Shown here: positions 19,885 to 28,308 of the stretch, piece after piece
Numbering within the stretch: the stretch's first letter is position 1
Layout of the letters: the number at the start of each line of letters is the position of its first letter
Origin: a virus
Taxonomy: Duplodnaviria; Caudoviricetes
DNA length: 64,000 nucleotides
Virus record (IMG/VR): IMGVR_UViG_3300031867_005677
Location: 11,990-75,989 of that record
Reading direction: 5' to 3' (one strand)
Notes under the pieces: model-generated
The model's database searches: none
What the model was told of the DNA's origin: nothing
Seen by the model: the letters and a program-made list of their open reading frames with translations, nothing else
Translations under genes and position numbers: made by a program

Positions 19885-20880
19885 TTAAAATTTACCCCAC
19901 GGTGAACAAGCAGTAATCACTTCCATGGTTAATTTCTTTTTGTATACCTTTTCATATTTTGGTGCATAATATTCCATAATATATTTTAAGTCCTTTTCAC
20001 GTGCTTGTTGCATTGCTTCTTTATTATTTGAATATATGCGATGAGTATAAGCATCATTATACAAATAATGTTTCAATTTCTTAATAACATTATCAAAGCT
20101 TTGAGTATTAATAGCATTCTTATTCATACTACTTAAACAATAATCCGAATGGCTATCCCAATATGATTTCCCATCTGCATTACCTTTTCTTATAGTTTCA
20201 GATTTACTTTCAACTTTAACAACATTATTTGTGTTTCTATCAACATAGATATACTTTATAACTTTATCTAATTTTGATGCTGAATTACCCCATTGTGCAC
20301 CCCATTCATGATAATGATAAAAATACCCAGATATAATTATGTATCCTTTATCTTTTTGAAAATCAAATTTAATTGTATCTTTACTTGCAACTGGAATAAA
20401 TTCTTCTAATGAATTATCTTCTTTTAATACATAATAACAATCAAATTCTGTATCTTCAATAATGTCTGCAATTGTATTACATATTTCTTTACATTTATCT
20501 GATAATTCATTTTTTACTTTATTATATTCTTCAATTGTTAATGGTGGATTATAATCTTCCAAGTTCCGATTCTTATAACGATATGTATTTGTTTCTTCAT
20601 CAAATACATGAGATATCTTCTTATTATATCCTTTATCCATCAATTGGTGTTCAACAAAATTATTTGTCCAAATAAAATCAGAACTAAATTCAGTATGATT
20701 ACCTAAATATGATGGTCTTAAATTTCGTAATTGACTTGAGGTAAATAATTTTGAATTTACAAATGAAGCAAAGAAATCATTTACTTCCTTTAACATTTCT
20801 TGAGCTTTAAAATACTGTTCAATAAAGAAATCGGCATTTTTAAAGTTATCATAATTTGTTACAACTAATTTTTTATTCAT
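19885..20880 (-). CDS. TNYDNFK-family paralog 3
   Basis: MNKKLVVTNYDNFKNADFFIEQYFKA. Confidence 0.65.
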   Translation of the reverse strand: MNKKLVVTNYDNFKNADFFIEQYFKAQEMLKEVNDFFASFVNSKLFTSSQLRNLRPSYLGNHTEFSSDFIWTNNFVEHQLMDKGYNKKISHVFDEETNTYRYKNRNLEDYNPPLTIEEYNKVKNELSDKCKEICNTIADIIEDTEFDCYYVLKEDNSLEEFIPVASKDTIKFDFQKDKGYIIISGYFYHYHEWGAQWGNSASKLDKVIKYIYVDRNTNNVVKVESKSETIRKGNADGKSYWDSHSDYCLSSMNKNAINTQSFDNVIKKLKHYLYNDAYTHRIYSNNKEAMQQAREKDLKYIMEYYAPKYEKVYKKKLTMEVITACSPWGKF

Positions 20881-21961
20881 CTAAAATATATTTATGTGTA
20901 TTACTTCTGTACCATATAACTAATGGATATCTATTTTCAGGAATTTTACTCATTTTCTCATAGTCTTCATGACAGTCTGCTATATCTTTACAAGATTCTT
21001 TAATCGCATTCTCTCGTAAGTTTAATAAATAATTATATTTTAACAAATGTTCTTTTGTTAATTCAATTCCGAACATTTTCTTAAATATATCTTTATTATG
21101 ATCTATGATATCGTCATATATTGAATCTAATTCATCTTGGTCTTTTGCTAAATATGTTAACGTTCCACATGAACAAGATCCAGCAGTAAAATATTCTTTA
21201 CGAATATATCCTTTATAATAGTTAGCATATTTATCTTCAATATATTCCTTTATTCGTGTATAAGGATTAATATAATTAAATGTATCTAAAGTATGATAAT
21301 CATCCAATTCAACCCATGCATGAAAATGACATTCATGATGACCTAAATGTTTACCTATTTTTTTAGTTGATACATGTTTCTCTGATGTTTTTACATCTAA
21401 TACATTATTGTTTGATGGATCAATAATAATAGTCTTAATAACCTTTGTAACACTCTCTTCTGCTTGAGAAAACGAACCATTAGATTGAAACCCATAAAAA
21501 TAATACCCAGTAATAGATATAGACTTTTTGTCAAATGATATTTTTATTGTATCTTTTGCTGCGACTGGAATAAATTCATGAAGTAAATTATCCGAATCTA
21601 AAACATAATAACATGCCCATTCATTTCTTAATCGTATAGATATTTCATATAATATTTTATTTAAATTATTCATATCTATTGATTTAAGTTTTTTATAAGT
21701 ATGCCTATTATATGAATCTATATATAAATCATGACGTGTTATTTCTTTGAACCAGCTATGAGATCCAAAATTATAATCATCAAATATTACATATTTTGGT
21801 TTTAATTTATATACTTCTTCTGAAGATATTAATTTTGACATATAAAAGGATTGAAAGAACTCCTTGATATTCTTCATCCTTTCCTCAGCTTCAAAATATT
21901 GTTCAATAAAAAATTGAGCATCTTTGAAGTTATCATAATTTGTAATTGTTAGTTCATTCAT
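20873..21961 (-). CDS. TNYDNFK-family paralog 2
   Basis: MNELTITNYDNFKDAQFFIEQYFEA; also shares EFIPVA.KDTIK with paralog 3. Confidence 0.65.
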   Translation of the reverse strand: MNELTITNYDNFKDAQFFIEQYFEAEERMKNIKEFFQSFYMSKLISSEEVYKLKPKYVIFDDYNFGSHSWFKEITRHDLYIDSYNRHTYKKLKSIDMNNLNKILYEISIRLRNEWACYYVLDSDNLLHEFIPVAAKDTIKISFDKKSISITGYYFYGFQSNGSFSQAEESVTKVIKTIIIDPSNNNVLDVKTSEKHVSTKKIGKHLGHHECHFHAWVELDDYHTLDTFNYINPYTRIKEYIEDKYANYYKGYIRKEYFTAGSCSCGTLTYLAKDQDELDSIYDDIIDHNKDIFKKMFGIELTKEHLLKYNYLLNLRENAIKESCKDIADCHEDYEKMSKIPENRYPLVIWYRSNTHKYILDE

Positions 21962-21963
21962 AA

Positions 21964-22923
21964 TTAATCATCATCATAAGGGTGCCAACCATTGTGTACA
22001 TCTAATTCAATTTCCCAATCTTTAATCAAGTAATTTTTATTCTCTACAAAATTACCAGTATTGACATCAAACCAAAACTCATTATATCTTCTTCCTTTAT
22101 ATTCAAAAGTTTTCCATCTATCTTTACGAGTTCCACCATCATATGTTTCTGTATATACAATTAAATACTTATTATCAGGAGAAATCTTAAATAGATAGTT
22201 GTTTAATGTTTCGTCATTTCCGAAATATTCAAAATTACCCGTTATTGGGTTGATTATATAATATCCAGGATTTTCATATTTTCGAATATAATAAGCCAGT
22301 TTTGATTTATAGTTAGATTGTGACTTATAATTTTCTTCATTAGCTAAATAATCTAATTCATTATAAAGTTTATATCGTTCTTCCTGCTCACTTTTTTGTT
22401 TAAGTAGGTTTTTTAATTCTTCTTCAGTTTTACTATTAAAATAACCTCGTTTTATTGTACCATTACATTTAGAAATCTTTTCTTCAATAGATGAATTATA
22501 TTTAGAAACATAGCTTAAATCATATAGACTAATATAATATGGTCTATCAATATCATATTCAACATCATAAAATTTTTCTTTTTGATTCTTATCACATGCC
22601 CAATGACATTTATGTTCCTTTTCAACCTTAATCACAGTAAACCAATATCCATCTTTATCTTGAAGATGGGCACCTTTTACATAGTTATCATATTTAGGAT
22701 CATTACTTGTAATTAGATGATGTTCTTTTTTATTTTTAAATCTTTCTACAATAACTTTGCCTTGAAATTTGTCAATATCATAATTATATACCAACTTAGA
22801 CTTCAGGAATGATAGATAGAAGTTATTTACTTCCTCCATTATTTCTGAAGCCTTTTTATGTTGGTTTATAAAATATGACAAATCTTTAAAGTTATCATAG
22901 TTAGTAATAACTAGATCTGTCAT
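21964..22923 (-). CDS. TNYDNFK-family paralog 1
   Basis: Start reassigned to MTDLVITNYDNFKD at 22923 by paralog alignment; avoids overlap with the upstream gene. Confidence 0.65.
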   Translation of the reverse strand: MTDLVITNYDNFKDLSYFINQHKKASEIMEEVNNFYLSFLKSKLVYNYDIDKFQGKVIVERFKNKKEHHLITSNDPKYDNYVKGAHLQDKDGYWFTVIKVEKEHKCHWACDKNQKEKFYDVEYDIDRPYYISLYDLSYVSKYNSSIEEKISKCNGTIKRGYFNSKTEEELKNLLKQKSEQEERYKLYNELDYLANEENYKSQSNYKSKLAYYIRKYENPGYYIINPITGNFEYFGNDETLNNYLFKISPDNKYLIVYTETYDGGTRKDRWKTFEYKGRRYNEFWFDVNTGNFVENKNYLIKDWEIELDVHNGWHPYDDD

Positions 22924-22933
22924 ATTTATATAA

Positions 22934-23356
22934 TTATCCAAGCAAATCAGCAACCTTCTGCATATCCAAAGCAAACTTGTCGTCCTCAGAAAGGTTATTC
23001 TCAATAATTGTCTTAGCCTTCTTCAAATTAGCAATCTTAGCAATATTATCTAACTCAGCCTTACGAGTCTTAACATCCTCAATCCATTCACTTACCTTGT
23101 AACCACCCAAAGTAGGATCCACAACAGTATCAGTTACACCAAGCAACTTCTCTGCTTCACTAGTATTAGACTTCTGCCCAAGCAAATAAGTTGCAACTTC
23201 AACCAATTCTTTAAGAGTCTTTACTTTACTAATAATTGACCAACCTTGCAAATAACGTTCACCAGTTACATAATTGAACTTCTTATTAACACACTCATCA
23301 ATCTGCTCATTGATCTTGTTCAAACTCTCTACCAAATTCTTCTTTGTAATGTTCAT
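22934..23356 (-). CDS. Hypothetical protein (AAG/GAG-rich codons)
   Basis: 140-aa ORF. Confidence 0.6.
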   Translation of the reverse strand: MNITKKNLVESLNKINEQIDECVNKKFNYVTGERYLQGWSIISKVKTLKELVEVATYLLGQKSNTSEAEKLLGVTDTVVDPTLGGYKVSEWIEDVKTRKAELDNIAKIANLKKAKTIIENNLSEDDKFALDMQKVADLLG

Positions 23357-23389
23357 AATTTTACCTTATTTAAATGTTAAACTTATTAA

Positions 23390-23986
23390 TTATTCTTCTA
23401 TTTTATTCCAATCTCCACCACATTCACACCATTTCTTAGCTATTTCTTGTGCATAAGATTTATCATAAAATTTGTAATTACCCCATTTATCACCAATATC
23501 GATATTTCCAATCTTTACATACCAATGTCTTCCTTCTGGCCATTGGATAAATCTTACTTCATCATAATTATATTCAAATGGATAAATAAGTTCTTCCACC
23601 CATTTTTCCTCATCATAATTAGGATGTTCCTTAAATGGGCTATAAGCAAGACTATTTAAAAGATAAATAGGTTTACCAGAAAGAAATCTATCAATTCGAT
23701 CTCTATATGTTCTATCTTCAAGTGAACATGCCGCTTCAACCCAACTCTGATCTTTCATTTTCATCTCAATTTCAACAACATTACGCCAATGAGATGAAGA
23801 ATGATTTATACTATCAAGATAAGGTTTTCCATCAACAGAACTTTTGCGAATTCTTGTATTATCCCTAAAATCTTCAAATCCTTCTTTTATCTCACGACCA
23901 CAAATTTTATTGAAATGGTCAATTACATCCTGTAAACATTCGGGTTTGAGATACCAAGTTTTGTTGAATTTTACGAAGTGATACAT
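23390..23986 (-). CDS. Hypothetical protein
   Basis: Start likely MYHFVKF at 23986, immediately after the upstream stop. Confidence 0.55.
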   Translation of the reverse strand: MYHFVKFNKTWYLKPECLQDVIDHFNKICGREIKEGFEDFRDNTRIRKSSVDGKPYLDSINHSSSHWRNVVEIEMKMKDQSWVEAACSLEDRTYRDRIDRFLSGKPIYLLNSLAYSPFKEHPNYDEEKWVEELIYPFEYNYDEVRFIQWPEGRHWYVKIGNIDIGDKWGNYKFYDKSYAQEIAKKWCECGGDWNKIEE

Positions 23987-23987
23987 A

Positions 23988-24314
23988 TTATTTCTTTTTA
24001 GGTACAATTTTAAATGTATGTGGGCCTTGATTAATCTCTACATTAAGAATATCAAACATCTCAACAGGGAATTGATAACGATAAACTATATAATGCTTAT
24101 TATGACGATGCTTACCACGTTTAAATACCTCAATATTATATCCAAATACATATTTCTCTTTACCATGTCTTAGTCCATCAACCCAAGCAGTTCCAAATCT
24201 ACTTGAACAACAAAGGCACATTCCTCGATAAGAAGATCTAAATCTCTCCTTAGCATCTCTTGTTGTGCCGTAACCAGTAAGAATAGTAGGCTTAATTCCA
24301 ATAGTAAATTTCAT
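23988..24314 (-). CDS. Basic hypothetical protein
   Basis: 108-aa ORF downstream of a promoter. Confidence 0.55.
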   Translation of the reverse strand: MKFTIGIKPTILTGYGTTRDAKERFRSSYRGMCLCCSSRFGTAWVDGLRHGKEKYVFGYNIEVFKRGKHRHNKHYIVYRYQFPVEMFDILNVEINQGPHTFKIVPKKK

Positions 24315-24335
24315 ATCTTTATTATTTAATTATTA

Positions 24336-24367
24336 CAAATATAATATAGTATTTTACTTACACCAAA
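24336..24367 (-). promoter_or_regulatory. Bacteroidota-type promoter TTTG-N20-TATATTTG
   Basis: Minus strand reads TTTG gtgtaagtaaaatactatat TATATTTG, matching the Bacteroides -33/-7 consensus. Confidence 0.6.
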
Positions 24368-24593
24368 TGGTCATCTTATTCTCAAGATAATCAATAAATA
24401 TTGATTTAACACATAAATAAACATCTAAATGAGTATTCTTATCTCTAACTCGAATACAATCTCCTTTTCGTGGAATCCATGTAGAAAATTTCTCAAGCAT
24501 ATCATCATCCATATAGGTATGATAAGATGCAATATACTTCAAACGAGTTGCAAACCAATTATCCTTAATGATTTCTACTTCCTTAAACTTCAT
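24354..24593 (-). CDS. Hypothetical protein
   Basis: Start likely MKFKEVE; WIPRKGD motif. Confidence 0.5.
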   Translation of the reverse strand: MKFKEVEIIKDNWFATRLKYIASYHTYMDDDMLEKFSTWIPRKGDCIRVRDKNTHLDVYLCVKSIFIDYLENKMTIWCK

Positions 24594-24594
24594 A

Positions 24595-24963
24595 TTAATT
24601 CTGTTTATTTTCAAAATACTTATTAATATTCTTTATATAATTAGCATCATCATCAATTTCTTTATCACCAATATATATATCAACCATATTGAAACCAAAT
24701 ATACTTAATTCATTACGAAGATCAACATATATATCTTGTAACAATCTAAATGTTTGATAATAGATTTCATCAATAGTTATATATCTAACATTATAACGAA
24801 CAGCATGTTCAATTATATTTTCAATTGTTAATTTCATTTGTCCATCAATATTTTTAATAGAATCATCTTTAGGACAAATTTTAATCGTCAATGGAATATA
24901 AACCGTAAGTGATTGGTCATCCAAACATGTATAAGTTTTTTCGAATTTAAAAATTTTTTTCAT
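24595..24963 (-). CDS. Hypothetical protein
   Basis: Start likely MKKIFKF, downstream of the promoter. Confidence 0.5.
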   Translation of the reverse strand: MKKIFKFEKTYTCLDDQSLTVYIPLTIKICPKDDSIKNIDGQMKLTIENIIEHAVRYNVRYITIDEIYYQTFRLLQDIYVDLRNELSIFGFNMVDIYIGDKEIDDDANYIKNINKYFENKQN

Positions 24964-24979
24964 ATATTTAATTAATTGA

Positions 24980-25014
24980 CAATTATAATATAGAATCAAT
25001 TATATAAATTTCAA
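24980..25014 (-). promoter_or_regulatory. Promoter TTGAAA-N16-TATATT(ATAATTG)
   Basis: Conserved motif and spacing. Confidence 0.7.
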
Positions 25015-25024
25015 TATTTAAATG

Positions 25025-25120
25025 TTAATTATTGATAAAATGCTTGTTAATATAAAGATGTGGCTAATACCATTTATCATTAATTTTCAAATCCTTTGGA
25101 AGAAGTTCAATTTTATTCAT
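25025..25120 (-). other. Small ORF with in-frame TAG: MNKIELLPKDLKINDKWY*PHLYINKHFINN
   Basis: Hand-translated; TAG at 25064-25066; start overlaps the upstream stop. Confidence 0.35.
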
Positions 25121-25241
25121 ATGCGACATAAATTTCTTTTATATGTTTTAAATCAATTATATCTACTTTATTATAATATAATTGGAGTTGTTCTTTATAA
25201 TTTTTTGCAAATTCAATATTTGGACATTTTCTATATTTCAT
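25113..25241 (-). CDS. Small hypothetical protein (42 aa, not in ORF track)
   Basis: MKYRKCPNIEFAKNYKEQLQLYYNKVDIIDLKHIKEIYVAYE; starts 3 nt after the upstream stop. Confidence 0.5.
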   Translation of the reverse strand: MKYRKCPNIEFAKNYKEQLQLYYNKVDIIDLKHIKEIYVAYE

Positions 25242-25243
25242 AA

Positions 25244-25561
25244 TTAATCATTATAAGGAAATTTGATTTTATATTTAATATATTTTTCTCTTTCAATTTT
25301 TATCTTATTCCACTCAGCTTCTCTATATTTTATTACATCCCCAATTGTTTCAAGTTTACTAAGACCATCCCAATAATCTACTGGATAAAAATAAGGATTC
25401 CATTTATCATCACAAGCATGTTCAAGTTGTTGCCATGAGTTATGAAATAATCTATTCCACCACGATAGTTGTTTTGGTTGAATTCTCCAGTAATAACTTC
25501 TAAGCTTACTAGTCTCTTGATTCCAAAACAATTCAATTTTCAAATTTTCATCATATTTCAT
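25244..25561 (-). CDS. Trp-rich hypothetical protein
   Basis: 105-aa ORF. Confidence 0.55.
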   Translation of the reverse strand: MKYDENLKIELFWNQETSKLRSYYWRIQPKQLSWWNRLFHNSWQQLEHACDDKWNPYFYPVDYWDGLSKLETIGDVIKYREAEWNKIKIEREKYIKYKIKFPYND

Positions 25562-25563
25562 AA

Positions 25564-26133
25564 TTAATCCAATCTTGAAATTATTTCCATCTCAATTCCT
25601 TTTGACTTTGCAAACTCACGAACGGTATGATAATAGGACAGCTGCATATTCTGGTCCTGAGTCCAAATTGCCTCAAGTGGACAACCAATATTCTTATAAT
25701 AATTACGCTCTTTAATAGTAAACTTCTTTAAGAACATTTTCTCAATTTCTCTCGAACGAAATTTTGATTGAGCTTTATCAATTTCCTCAGCTCGTTTATT
25801 ATTTTTTCGATATTTAAAATATGTAAATCCACAACCAAAACCAATCATTGCAAAACGTTTTTTCTTATCAGCAGGAACATGATCATCATCTTCAACAACC
25901 GATTTTAATGAAAGCGACTTAACAGCTCCAGCAAACATCTCATCAAAATGTTCCTTCAGATAATCAAGAAGTTCAGCAGAAAGACTCTTGTTTGACTTCT
26001 TCTTATAATCAGGATTTCCAAGCTCCTGAATTAGCTTAGCTGCTTCTTCTTTTGAAAGAATCTCATTACGATAATCTTTCTTGGTGATGCAATAAAGAGC
26101 CCATCTTTGTCTTGGTGTTGCCGAATTTTCCAT
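25564..26133 (-). CDS. Hypothetical early protein (AT.RQ..AL...LSK.EA..LI..L motif)
   Basis: 189 aa; has its own promoter. Confidence 0.6.
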   Translation of the reverse strand: MENSATPRQRWALYCITKKDYRNEILSKEEAAKLIQELGNPDYKKKSNKSLSAELLDYLKEHFDEMFAGAVKSLSLKSVVEDDDHVPADKKKRFAMIGFGCGFTYFKYRKNNKRAEEIDKAQSKFRSREIEKMFLKKFTIKERNYYKNIGCPLEAIWTQDQNMQLSYYHTVREFAKSKGIEMEIISRLD

Positions 26134-26152
26134 TTAATAACTTATTTAAATT

Positions 26153-26188
26153 ACATAAATAATATAGACAATTGATAAAAAAATTCAA
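26153..26188 (-). promoter_or_regulatory. Promoter TTGAAT-N16-TATATT(ATTTATG)
   Basis: Conserved motif and spacing. Confidence 0.7.
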
Positions 26189-26198
26189 TTTAAATAAA

Positions 26199-26228
26199 TA
26201 AAAAATGGGAATTCTTAAAAATTCCCAT
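26199..26228 (-). terminator. Rho-independent terminator
   Basis: atgggaatt/aattcccat stem with a T tract on the minus strand. Confidence 0.75.
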
Positions 26229-26233
26229 ATCTA

Positions 26234-27013
26234 TTATGCTTCATTTTTTATTTGTTTATCTTTAAAGAAATCTAAAACATAATCACATAAATTATTTATA
26301 TCTTCTTTATTAAATCTTAAAATATCATCATTATTTAATTGATCTTCATATGATTTAATTATTTCATTTTTATTAATAATATCTAATTCTATTTCTTTAT
26401 ATTTAGTAAGTAATGAATCATAATCAGCTTGAGCTGCAAATTTTTCATTTTCACAATCATCATAAAGATGATTTAATTTTTTTATTTTTGCTTCTAATTC
26501 TTCAACTTGCCCTAATAATTCAGCTTCCTTTTCTTTAGATGCCTGATCTTTTGATTCAATTTTATGGTTTAGATTTTCAATTTCTTTATCTCTATCAATA
26601 CAAGTATTTTCTACTTCTTTTAATCTTTTTTCTAATTCTGGAACTTTTTTATTAATTACTTCAGTTTCAAATTTTTCTTGTTCCTTATATTGTGTTTCTA
26701 ATTTACGATATTTTTCAATCCATTCATCACGGGCAACAGTTACCTTTTTAACTTCTTCATTAGATTGGTTAAATTGTGCTAGTAATGTTTCAACTTTTTC
26801 ACTTAAAGTTTCCTTTTCAGTAACTAATTTATTCCATTTTTCTGTATCAATTACTTCTTCTTGTGGAGTTCTACTAATTTGATCTTTTAATTCTTCATTC
26901 TCTTTTGTCAATGTTTCTATTTGAGCTTTTTGCTCTCTAAAAAATTTCGCTGCATTATTAAGTCTTTCATTTAATTTTGCATTATCCTGTTTTAATTGTT
27001 CAATGTTATCCAT
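26234..27013 (-). CDS. Long coiled-coil protein
   Basis: Heptad, E/K-rich over ~240 aa. Confidence 0.65.
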   Translation of the reverse strand: MDNIEQLKQDNAKLNERLNNAAKFFREQKAQIETLTKENEELKDQISRTPQEEVIDTEKWNKLVTEKETLSEKVETLLAQFNQSNEEVKKVTVARDEWIEKYRKLETQYKEQEKFETEVINKKVPELEKRLKEVENTCIDRDKEIENLNHKIESKDQASKEKEAELLGQVEELEAKIKKLNHLYDDCENEKFAAQADYDSLLTKYKEIELDIINKNEIIKSYEDQLNNDDILRFNKEDINNLCDYVLDFFKDKQIKNEA

Positions 27014-27038
27014 ATATATGTAATATATAATTTTATTT

Positions 27039-27074
27039 AAAATAGAAAAAGGAACTGAACTAATTCAATTCCTT
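27039..27074 (-). terminator. Terminator hairpin overlapping a promoter (TTGAAT-N18-TATTTT)
   Basis: Minus strand AAGGAATTGAA-TTAG-TTCAGTTCCTT-TTT; TTGAAT starts in the 5' arm. Confidence 0.65.
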
Positions 27075-27423
27075 ATAGATATACATATTTGTTTTTATTA
27101 CATTTTTGTTCTTGTTTTAAATTTAAAACTCTTTTATATTCATCATAATTAACTAATTTCCAATCTTCTTGCCCTTCATAATAATTTACCCAATCCAAAC
27201 ATTCTTTTAAAAATCTTTGTAATTCATATTCATTATGTGGTGAAATTGATGTAAGTTTATATGATGTTGAAAATGTTTTATAATTTACCGCATATACTTG
27301 TTCCCATTGATATGAATCACCAAATAACCACGAATTGTTTTTTCTTTTTATTTCTGGGTGATACCAATATTTTCCATCTACATTATAAGATGATTTGCAT
27401 AAACGAATATGTTCTTTATCCAT
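27073..27423 (-). CDS. Hypothetical protein
   Basis: 116-aa ORF. Confidence 0.55.
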   Translation of the reverse strand: MDKEHIRLCKSSYNVDGKYWYHPEIKRKNNSWLFGDSYQWEQVYAVNYKTFSTSYKLTSISPHNEYELQRFLKECLDWVNYYEGQEDWKLVNYDEYKRVLNLKQEQKCNKNKYVYL

Positions 27424-28252
27424 TATTTTCTTTTAAATTATTTAATATTTCATTTTCTATATCATCAAAATATCCATATCCATATTTCTTACAAAGTCTA
27501 TATACCATCAAGAAATTTTCGGCCATCTTTTCCCAACGTTTATCTTGACCTTGGAATCTCTTATCTTCATCACCTGTATAGTATTTGTAATCAACTAATT
27601 TCTTATATCTTTCATAAGACAAATCACCACCACTTACATATTCAGCTAAAGCTGCATATTCTTTATATTGAGGCCAAAGTTTCTCATCAAGATATTTTCT
27701 AGCTTTAGCACATGATTGTACAATCTCTTTAAACTTCTTATTATTAGTTGAATATTTAATCTTTGGAAATATTATATTCTCTGGTGTCTCAACAATAGCA
27801 AAATCATTAAACTCAATAAATTGATTATAAAATACTCTTTTGAAATTAATATTAAAAACACTTTCATCAATTTCTTTAAGCATTTTCTTAGTCAACTTTG
27901 AATCATCAATATTCTCATTATCTTGGTGGGCACATACAAACTTAACGATATTGACAAAATCATCTTTAGTAATATTTCTATTTACTTGGGACTTAACTGA
28001 ATTAAAACCAGTAATAGTAATTTTATCAGCAGTTGTACCAATAACACTCATTAGTTCAACACCCATATCTACTATAGATTGAATCTTATCAATCATAGAC
28101 AAACTATCATTAATAAAACCATATTCGACATATTGGTCATACAATATTTTCAATGAATCAAGTCTTTTAAGATAATGGTCATATTCTGCCTTTGTCATCC
28201 ATTTTTGAGTACCACTCTTTAATGTAACTAGAATTTTTCCTTTTCTTTCCAT
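27416..28252 (-). CDS. Hypothetical protein
   Basis: 278-aa ORF after a promoter. Confidence 0.6.
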   Translation of the reverse strand: MERKGKILVTLKSGTQKWMTKAEYDHYLKRLDSLKILYDQYVEYGFINDSLSMIDKIQSIVDMGVELMSVIGTTADKITITGFNSVKSQVNRNITKDDFVNIVKFVCAHQDNENIDDSKLTKKMLKEIDESVFNINFKRVFYNQFIEFNDFAIVETPENIIFPKIKYSTNNKKFKEIVQSCAKARKYLDEKLWPQYKEYAALAEYVSGGDLSYERYKKLVDYKYYTGDEDKRFQGQDKRWEKMAENFLMVYRLCKKYGYGYFDDIENEILNNLKENNG

Positions 28253-28273
28253 ACTATATATCTATTTAACATT

Positions 28274-28308
28274 CAAATATAATATAGTATCAAATATATT
28301 AGATTCAA
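28274..28308 (-). promoter_or_regulatory. Promoter TTGAAT-N16-TATATT(ATATTTG)
   Basis: Conserved motif; includes TAnnTTTG. Confidence 0.7.

Noticed and set aside
22924-23004. Track start MRITFL... for the 21964 gene
   Set aside because: It overlaps the upstream gene; the paralog alignment places the start at 22923.
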